Shown in pieces: positions 38,531 to 47,430 of a stretch of 47,430 nt of DNA. This DNA is from Octopus bimaculoides (lineage: Eukaryota): NCBI RefSeq assembly GCF_001194135.2, contig NC_068995.1, positions 32,987,623-33,035,052 on the forward strand. The letters run 5' to 3'. The notes below the pieces were generated by a model. That model did no database searches and was not told the DNA's origin. It was given only the letters and a program-made list of their open reading frames with translations. Positions within the stretch are counted from its first letter, which is position 1. Each line of letters starts with the position of its first letter. The position numbers and the translations under genes are program-made.

Positions 38531-38623
38531 ACTTTATTCCTACATATGTTTCAAAGGATTACAACCTGTGTGATCCATAGGGATCTTTGATATTAAAATT
38601 GTAGCCTTCTCATCAGGGAAAGC
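38531..38623 (-). ncRNA. Type I hammerhead ribozyme motif, canonical core, sense to KHDC4 pre-mRNA
   Basis: Minus strand: GCTTTCC-CTGATGA-GAAGG..(long stem II)..CCTTT-GAAA-CATATG-TA-GGAATAAAGT. Stem III ACATATGT is a perfect palindrome; triplet GUA; predicted cut between 38541 and 38540. Confidence 0.75.
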
Positions 38624-38906
38624 AAAATTTCAAGGAGTTCCTGCCTTAAAAACAGGAACTAAACCACAGTTATTTTGTGTTCTTTGCTACATTGGTTTCT
38701 ATTAACCCATTTATTCTATCAGAAGAATTTTTATTCATTAAGATAGAAGAAATACACATAANNNNNNNNNNNNNNNNNNNNNNNNNNNNNNNNNNNNNNN
38801 NNNNNNNNNNNNNNNNNNNNNNNNNNNNNNNNNNNNNNNNNNNNNNNNNNNNNNNNNNNNNNNNNNNNNNNNNNNNNNNNNNNNNNNNNNNNNNNNNNNN
38901 NNNNNN

Positions 38907-38939
<33 letters not shown>

Positions 38940-40275
38940 CATACACACAAACACAGAATGACGACCATGCCCCATATAGTTACTGGTTGCCCTTTGGCAA
39001 AGTATAGCACCTGTTCAGCTACCCTGCCAGGGATATGGTGAAGTCATGGGACTGCAGCAGGGGTTAACAGAAGAGGTCAACTGAGCCTTACATTGATGAT
39101 GAGTGGAGAAATCCTAGGAGATCAACAGTCAGTATCACCATGCTCTATCAAGAGAATAGCTGCAATGCACCCACAGGGCTGGGATCCATGGTTGTGTGAT
39201 CAGCTAATGAAAGATTCATTATGACTGAAGCTTCTAATTCAAATTCATAATAATGGAACAGGATAGTGTTACGGAGAGTCATGGGAATCTGTGAAAGCAG
39301 AACAACCAAGAAGAATTAGATAGAGCAAGTGGCCCAGTAGGTAGGGTGTGGCACTCACAACCGCAAGATTGTAGTTTTGATTCCTGCAGCAGATAGGTGG
39401 TGTGTTGTGTTCTTGAGCAAAAAACTTCATTTCATGTTCTGTGATCACTTTGATATCTGAGGTGTGGCACAACATGCACCTGTACAGGCTATATTGATTT
39501 GATGGAGTGAGGTAATGTACAGCAAGAAGTTGTGAAACCGTCTTCTGTTTATGGTTTACAACAGTCGAGCTCATTATACGCATGTGTGTGTGCATGCATA
39601 CATATATATAATGTATGTATATCTATGTATGACATCAATTCCTGTTCCTCTATCATACTTTAACCCCTCATCACCTGGCATAAAGCCACATGTCCCTCGA
39701 TACTTCTCTTCACTCCTTCAGTTGAGTGGGTTTTATCTTGCAAGTTATCTGTCAGTGCCAGGTAAAAAGCAACCAATACACCCTGTAAAGTGGCTGGTGT
39801 TAGGAGGGGGCATTCAGCCACAGATACCATGCCAAAGCTTGATGCAGTCTTCTCTAGCTCATTAGGTCCAGTCAAATTGTCTAACCCATGCCAGCATCGA
39901 AAACAGATGTTAAATGATGATGATGATGATGATGATGATATATATATATATGTATATATATATATATCAATGTATCAACATCATTTTTAACACCCACTTT
40001 TCCATGCTTGCATCAGTCAGGTGGAATTTTGCAAAGGTGTATTTTCTTTAGTTAGCTGTCCTCCCAGTCGCCAGCCCTCTCATGTTCCCAAATAAGGTAA
40101 CATCATTTTCCTCATGACAACACGTTTTAATGGAAGATTGAAAAATAAAGGACACCACTTGCATTACGATGACATTCATTTACAACTATCACAAGGAAAC
40201 AATAATAAACACACACACACAATGGGCTTCTTTCAGTTTCGATGTACCATGTGTATGTTTATGCGCATGTGTATT

Positions 40276-40340
<65 letters not shown>

Positions 40341-40729
40341 TCATCATCATCATCATCATCATTATATATGATGTGGGATGAAGTGATGAGAAAATATCTT
40401 CAGATAATGGGCCTCACAGAGGGATGACAGGGGACCAAGACTCCTGGTGGTTTGCTGGATTTGAGGAGACATGTAAAATCGTGGTTGTTCTTGCATACAT
40501 GCATGTCTCCTACATGCCTCTTTAGCTGAGTGTTCCTAATCTTGTAGGCTCATGGATGTTGGTGCCACATAAAATGCATGTGTACCAGTGCCACGTAAAG
40601 GCACCCAGTACATTCTGTAAAGTGGTTGGCATTAGGAAGGGCATCCAGCCATAGAAACCATGCTAACATGGAAAATGGGTGTTAAATAATGATGATGATG
40701 ATGATGATGATATATGTATAAAGGGTAAA

Positions 40730-41056
40730 TGGTAAAGACCCCCTTCGGTTGTGAATGTCTATGGGGTTGCACCAAGAAAGTTACCCTCTGAAGCACAATT
40801 TCAGGCAAGGTTGTTTATGGAAGATCAGTAGTTGCCCATGAATACCAGTCTCTCCTCTCCATACCTCCGATGTTATCCAAGGGAAAGGCGAAGGCACCAG
40901 TGATGACACAACTCATTTCTACAGCTGAGTCAACTGGAGCAATGTGAAATAAAATGCCTTGCTCAAAAACACAACACACAGCCTGGTCTGGGAATCCAAC
41001 TCACTACCTCATGACTGCGAGCCCAACATACTAACCACTGAGCCATGCACCTTCAC
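40730..41056 (-). mobile_element. Composite tRNA-headed SINE (further family)
   Basis: Minus-strand head GCATGGCTCAGTGGTTAG..GAGTTGGATTCCC (A/B-box-like) and body ending CCGAAGGGGGTCTTTACCATTTACC. Confidence 0.6.
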
Positions 41057-41360
41057 ATATGTGTGTGTATATGAGAAAGAAGAAAGAGATACACAATCCT
41101 CTACATGAATTACCAATAATTTAAGATTGCTTAACTTAAAACCCATCATTTATACACCTGTAAGTCAATGTCATACATACTGAGGGTGATGATACAAGGT
41201 GTGCAGAATATTACAACATTAATTTGAACACACAAAACTTATACTATCAGAGTTTATACGCTATCTATAATCAGAGAAAACCACCGCTGCTTCCACTGCC
41301 ACCACTATCATTGTGTAATGAATAACTACTATTTTAAGTGTACAAGCAAATTCCAAATAC

Positions 41361-41389
41361 CTGCTGTTAATGTGATATTGGATAAAGCA
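41361..41389 (-). CDS. KHDC4: Candidate KHDC4 microexon (29 nt, phase 2-1)
   Basis: Branch-like CACTAAAC, acceptor CTTATATAG, donor CAG|GTATTT. Encodes ALSNITLTA and supplies exactly the phase change needed between 42930 and 36756. Confidence 0.55.
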
Positions 41390-42068
41390 CTATATAAGGT
41401 TTAGTGAACAGTTTGGAGCCTTTCTACAAATAAGTGGCTAAGACAGACATCTAGAAGATATGGATGAGTTGTATAACAAAAACCAATATTTTCTGAAGTT
41501 AAAGATCTCTGGGTACATATGAGTATTTATGACAAGGTTACAACTACGAACATTGAGGTTTCAAAATGCAGAGTTGAAACGTCAGTCACTGCACTAGTCT
41601 GAAAATCTTGCAGGAACCAATTAAGAGGACAAATATATATTTTTGTCTAAGAAATTGCTATTATGAACTTAGAACAAATTTGTAGCCACACGAACATTCC
41701 CAACAATGATATCACACACTCACAATTGTGCTTACTTTCTTTCATACTGTTGCAATAACCAGATGATACAACTATCATAGAGAGAGCAGGGGGTGGGGGA
41801 GACAGAGAGAGAGAGAGAGAGAGAGAGAAAAAGAGATAAGCATTATCAATATATGAAAAGAGTTAAATAAATGTTAGTGGAATAAATAAAATATATAAAT
41901 AAATAGATAAAAAGCTTCATGGTCAGTTTCCTGCTGCCTTCACCGCAGGCTAAATTTCTGAGTAGCTGAAGTTAAAACTGCATGCTTTAATCAGGAATGA
42001 GACAACAATTGGTAACAATATAATAACCAGCAGATAGTATATATATAAATTATATATGAATGTATATT

Positions 42069-42105
<37 letters not shown>

Positions 42106-42929
42106 CATACACATATATTCATATATATATATATATATATACACACACACTCATATTCATATGTATATACACACATGCATAAACTCATATTCATATGTGT
42201 GTATGTATATATATATATANNNNNNNNNNACATACAAAGCTACCAGAAGGTCCCCTGGAAACAAGTGAATTAAGTATGCAGTGATCACATTAAACCTTCA
42301 AATGGGATCCAGTTTTGTGGCTTTCAAACCAAAAAAAAAAAAAAAATTGTAATATATATAAGTATGAACACACACGTGTGTGTATATATGTATCTGCATA
42401 TATGTATTTGCATATATATGTACACATATTTTGCTAAGACCTTATTTGTTTACTAATAAAGTTTATAATATTGACCCTTTTATCCATTTATTTTGGCCTG
42501 CATCATGAATAAGGATTTTAGTAATAATAGTAACTACTCCTATCTGACCCATGACATTTAGTTTATGCTTCAATCCATCCTGCTAAGTCAAATTTGATAC
42601 TCCTGGTATAAAAAGTGGCCATAACTATTCTAGAAGAGATATATTTGATTAAACTGCAAGTAAAGCAATAAGTTTTCTTTAAAGTTTGGTTTCGTTCAAG
42701 TCAGACATCATCTATAATATATAAATACAAAATACAATGTATTACAAAGGGATTCAAAGAAGTCCTTTTTAGTATTAATACATAACCAGCTAACAACCAA
42801 GGTCAAATGAGATCAAGTGAACATTTTAATGAAAGTCCCCCCCCCTTACCACTACAATGATCATACACCTCTCCAAGCACTGCAAATATAAATTTAAAAA
42901 ACAAAAACAATAACTTTAATGGATTTTAC

Positions 42930-43005
42930 AGGGCAGTTGGTCCACTGCTCTGCTGTTCATACTGCATGCCATCCAGACTATGATGGACAGTTGAACTAGG
43001 AATGC
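42930..43005 (-). CDS. KHDC4: Candidate KHDC4 exon (76 nt, phase 1-2)
   Basis: Acceptor TTCTGTCCACTTGTTTAG, weaker donor GTAAAA. (G)IPSSTVHHSLDGMQYEQQSSGPTA(L) has a composition like the other exons and is open through the microexon. Confidence 0.55.
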
Positions 43006-43824
43006 CTAAACAAGTGGACAGAATTACTAGTATATTGTGTTAGTCTTAGTGCAATGAATAATTTCTCATCTGTTGATAATGATATTTGTAAAAAATGTAT
43101 TCACCAATATCATCATCATTTGAATGTCTACTATTCCATACTTGCATGGGTCAGATAAAAATTACTTGAAAAACATTCTCTAAAGAGGGATGCTCTTCTT
43201 GTTACCAACCCATGTCTGTTTCTAAGCAAGGTAATATTTTCCCAAGTGTGGACATGTTTCCATGGAAGATTATCCAGAAATGACACAGCCTGTATGGCAG
43301 TGATGCTTGTGATGATTAATGTACAATGCATTTAATATATATTTATATATTCATAGACAACATATTTCTTCAAAGGTTTTACAACCATTCTTTTTCTCTT
43401 TCCCTCTACTCCTTACCTCTCCCCCAAGCAAATTCCTATTGACATCCCACATTCTTAACAGTGTCACCCTCCTTACATTTACCCTGATCTTCATCCCACC
43501 ACCCAAGTTATCATTGACCAGCTCCCACCCCTTGTCCACCATTCACTACATTCACCTCCTATATACACTAAACCATCTCTACCTATGTTTATATACATCT
43601 TTCACAATCTTACCCACCTCTGCTTATTTTCCTGTCTATGTGTTCTTTTCTATTCACTTTGTAGGACATGTTACCTTGAGGATAAATTCTGGTAACTCGT
43701 CACCACCTCTCTTTGTGGTACCATCTCATCCATGTAAAATGCAAAGTATCCATGAAGCTGCATCACAGCAAAACTGCTCCTACTCCTCCCATTTATAATA
43801 ACCTTTCAATATCTTGTACACAGT

Positions 43825-44030
43825 AAGGCAGAGGGCCGGCAGAATCATCACTGCACTGGATGAAATGATTTAGCATTTCTTCTGACTTTACATTCTGAGT
43901 TCAAATGCTGCTGGGATCAACTTTGCCTTTCAGGGTTGAAAAAATAAGTAACAGTCGAGCAGCGGGGTCGATGTAATTAACTTAACTCCTTCCTGAAAAT
44001 GCTGGCCTTGTACCAAAATTTGAAACCAGC
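43825..44030 (+). mobile_element. tRNA-derived SINE (family C), degenerate
   Basis: GGCAGAATC..TTCTGAGTTCAAATG.. collinear with the reverse complement of 31107-31341. Confidence 0.7.
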
Positions 44031-45019
44031 GAATTGCATACAGTGACCACTCTACCTCCTGGGGCTCTTTAGCCTTGTGAGTTACATGGTAACTCCACCA
44101 GTACTGGTGCCTTGAAAAAAAACAAAAAAAACAACAACCCAGTACACTCTGTATACAGTGTTTGATGTCAAGAAGAGCATTCAGCTGTACAAAATCATGC
44201 CAAAACTGAGACAGTGGTGCAAGACATGGTCACTCAACCCATTTAATTTCTCGATCAATGCCAACAGGTAAAGAGGACATAAAAGTAGTAATGATGATGA
44301 TGATGTATGTGTGTCATTGTCATCAGTTTAACAGCCACTTGTCAGATGGAGTTCACTGAGGCAGATGTTCCACACTTAGATGTCCTTCCTGTCACCAAAT
44401 GTCACCTGTTTTCAGTGAAGGCAATATTTCCTCATGGCCAGACATGTTTTTCACAGATGTCTAAGGAACAAACAGCACCTCTTGTATTAAACAGAAATAT
44501 AATCAACAAAGCTACACACTTGGACTGTAATGTAAGTATGTCTTGTAAGTCTTACGCTTACATCCCGTTATGAGTTAAGAATTCTTATTGAAGATTTAAC
44601 CTTTAGCAAAAAACATCTACACTGTTTCGGTCATACTGGATGTTTTTAACCTTCAAGTACCAGATACATATCAAAAGTGATGTCATATTCCCTCTAGTTA
44701 GCTTTCAAAATAGATGACTGTGTATATAATATCAAACTGTGTGTGTACATATATATATATATATATATATACATGCGCACACACAAATTTCCTTCTACCA
44801 CATTCACTCATAAGACTTTGGTTGGCCTGAGGCTATAGTAGAAGATACTTGCTCAAGATGCTAGACCATGTGGTTAAGAATCAACCTTTTCAAATATTTC
44901 TTCATCTAAAAAATTATTTGAAAACACTTCCCATATTAAAATAAGGCTCTAAAAGATAGTAGCTTTACTGATAAAATCTTTTATGATCCTCCAACTCCGT
45001 AACTATCTGGTTGTAAGAA

Positions 45020-45260
45020 CAGGTTGTGTAAAATTTTGCCTTTCCCCACTAAATATTCAGACGAATATAGATAGAAGATTCTTACACTTATTACATAGCA
45101 GCTATAGATACAGAAAGAGACTTTACAGGCACACTATTAAAATTACATTTTCTTGGCTTCCTAACAGAAAAGCCTGTATCAATAAACAACCAATGACTCA
45201 AGCCCATCCTGGCTGCACATGCAGAGATAAATCTAAATGTCTTCTAGGCAGGCTTGCAAT
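45020..45260 (+). mobile_element. Penelope-like ORF remnant
   Basis: LNIQTNIDRRFLHLL..RHTIKITFSWLPN..GCTCRDKSKCLLG parallels the same Penelope region seen at 8100. Confidence 0.6.
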
Positions 45261-45915
45261 ATATCCTCTGTTGTTTATGAAATGTCAATGGTTGAACAGA
45301 GACCAAGCATTACATTGGATCAGTAGAAGAAAAATTTTAATCCAGATACAGCAACCATCTTTTGGCTTTTAGGCACCACGAGAAGAGACATACAACAACC
45401 CTCTTGGCATTAGTATGGAAACTTAAAAACAAAAACATTAACTACATCAGATGGAAAATGTTCTCCAAAACCAAACCCTATATCAATGGATAAAAAAAAA
45501 TGTTCAATATGTTCCCTTGAAAAACTGCATCTTTTAAAGGCCTTAAGAGTATCCAATGGCTGTGCAAATCCCAAGAATGAGATTTTTTTTTATGTCCACA
45601 TTTAAAAAAAATACATCAAGTGGAAACCATCATAAACCATTCCAGTCTGTTTATGTAATTTTGATATGTGTAATGTTTGATGTAATGTTGGTTATTTCCC
45701 CTGTTTTTCTCTATATTTTTTCTTTTTATCTTTTTCTATTAGTGCACCCATTCAAATGTCAACTGCTTTGAATGTAGTTGACAAACTGTCTTGTTATTGT
45801 CAGCTTGAAAAATGGCAAAATAAATTACTATTTCAAGTAGGAAACCATAGATAGCTGTATTTCACAAGACTTGTGGTTTTTATTATAGTTGAAGCCTTAT
45901 CACAAAATACGTGTG

Positions 45916-45979
<64 letters not shown>

Positions 45980-46665
45980 TACAGAGGGGGGGGGGGGGAG
46001 AGAGAGAGTGCGCTGGATAGTTTGATAGGATCTGATAAAACCAAAGACTGCATCATGCTTCAATTATAGCAGTGGCATATAGCTGGATGCCCTTCCTAAG
46101 GCTAAGCACTTTGTGTGTGTGAAGTCTCTTTTCACACAGCACAAAAGTTGTCACCGTCATGGTGTCCATTTCCATTCTTCCATGAAAACAATGTTTAGTC
46201 ATGAGGAAAATAACTTATTTAGAAACAGGCAAAGGTTGGCAACAGGAAGGGTATCTGGTTGTAGAAAATTTGCCTCAATAAATGCTGTTTGACTCATGTA
46301 AGCATGGAAAAGTGGATGTTAAAACAACAACGATGATGATGATGATGACATATCAAGACACAGCGCTATATATAATATATATATATACATACATACATAC
46401 ATACACACACACAAGCCTGTACTCACATTTCTATTCCAAGGCTAAACATACATTACTCTTCAATATTGTTTCATAAGTTTTGTAATGATGTAATGTTTAA
46501 TTGTTGGTATGCCAGAAGATTTAATCAAAAGCATTCCACCCATGACCATCCAAATTTTATTTTTCAGGCATGACTGTGTAAGCTTATTGGGTATTTTCTA
46601 TTAATACTCAGTACCAACTTAACCTTGTGTGTATGGATTTAGTAGACAGAAAATGAAACAAGCCT

Positions 46666-46700
<35 letters not shown>

Positions 46701-47049
46701 CACACGTGCTTGCAAATATGCATGAACTTTGGTGTATCTTTTATCATGGTGTTGAATATAGTGATAGTGATTTTGACATTCCTTGTTCACTTTGTGACCA
46801 GTCACTGTGCATTGTAAATAACCAATGGGACATCTCCCTCTTAGAAAGGGGTGAGTGGTGGCAACAGGGAAAGCACCTAGTTATAAGATTCTGCTTTAAA
46901 ATGAATTCCAATACAAGCAATGCTATCACGGAAAAATGGACATTAAATGAATGAAAATACACACACACATATATATATATATATTTACACATTTAATTGT
47001 TAGTTCAAGAAGTAAAGAATAATATTTAGAGATAACTGATTACATTTGG

Positions 47050-47430
47050 CACACTTAAGTGGCAATATACTACACTTTATCGTGCAGTTACTGTTAATAC
47101 TTCATTTAGAGAATTAACATTGCTTGTTTTCACCTTTTCAATATCAGTGAAGAATGTCACTGGAAAAGAAGATATAAGATTTTGCCAGGTTTTTCTCTCT
47201 CACCAAGGTCATCAGCTGTCGAACGCCGAAGAAGGGAAATAACCCTGAAATCCGGATACGTTCGTGCTGCTGGTCGTGGTGAGAGGGATAACTCCCTTGG
47301 CAAACAGGACACAGTCGTGTGTCGATAAGCCAGCTGGAGGAGATGTCCTCCTGGGGCTAAAAGCAACAGTAACATCCACCCCTAGGGGTCAGCCACACTT
47401 AAGTGGCAATATACTACACTTTATCGTGCA
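47050..47430 (+). repeat. Direct repeat of at least 37 bp with 344-bp spacing enclosing the hammerhead
   Basis: CACACTTAAGTGGCAATATACTACACTTTATCGTGCA identical at 47050-47086 and 47394-47430; the second copy is cut by the window end. Confidence 0.9.
47194..47288 (+). ncRNA. Extended type I hammerhead ribozyme (U4C core variant)
   Basis: Stem I CGAACG/CGTTCG (47220-47225, 47259-47264), core CCGAAGA, stem II AGGG-AAATAA-CCCT, GAAA, palindromic stem III ATCCGGAT, triplet AUA. Stem I continues ATCAGC/GCTGGT and CTCTCACCA/TGGTGAGAG. Confidence 0.85.

Noticed and set aside
39085-39130. TTGATGA...GAAATCCTAGGA resembling a hammerhead
   Set aside because: C3 is lost, there is no stem II and no stem I pairing.
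41375-41430. Minus-strand RLQTVH resembling the end of the KHDC4 KH2 region (LLQTVH)
   Set aside because: Followed immediately by TAA with no usable frame. Treated as chance; the KH exons must lie beyond the window.
37140-42020. Intronic snoRNA/scaRNA (vertebrate KHDC4 hosts such RNAs)
   Set aside because: Scattered box-like words (ATGATG, CTGA, ACA) exist, but I found no convincing C/D terminal stem or two-hairpin H/ACA fold by eye. A snoRNA covariance search would be needed.
43749-43780. Hammerhead-like relic CCATGAA-GCTG..CAGC-AAAA
   Set aside because: Stem II is present but both core halves are mutated and stems I and III are not evident. At most a dead Penelope-type relic.
45393-45420. 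28-nt AG..GT segment with strong pyrimidine tract on the minus strand
   Set aside because: No stop-free phase combination joins it to the phase-1 exon at 43005. Cannot be supported without transcripts.
1-47430. CRISPR arrays, rRNA or intact tRNA genes
   Set aside because: Eukaryotic DNA with no repeat-spacer pattern. tRNA-like sequence is limited to SINE heads and the PBS.

Overview
AT-rich, microsatellite- and repeat-dense metazoan DNA with several N gaps. The SINE/LINE repertoire points to an octopus genome (inference). The only host gene I can support is the 3' part of a KHDC4 (KIAA0907/BLOM7) orthologue on the minus strand. Nine GT-AG exons (36756 down to the stop at 22528) splice in frame, two more upstream exons are plausible (42930-43005 and a 29-nt microexon at 41361-41389), and the KH-domain exons lie outside the window. 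The first 6.3 kb is a nested stack: a dead hAT transposon, a solo LTR, a mariner and a two-LTR gypsy-type element with an unusually long tRNA-Trp-complementary primer site. The rest holds Penelope, pogo/Tigger, R4/Dong, CR1 and RTE remnants, tRNA-SINEs and long palindromes. Top observations: (1) three sequence-unrelated type I hammerhead ribozyme motifs with palindromic stem III, one in a retrozyme-like unit at 47.2 kb and one in sense orientation inside a KHDC4 intron; (2) a candidate frame-breaking (poison) exon at 37075-37124; (3) long intronic fold-backs that would form dsRNA in the pre-mRNA. All alignments and folds were done by eye; no searches were run.
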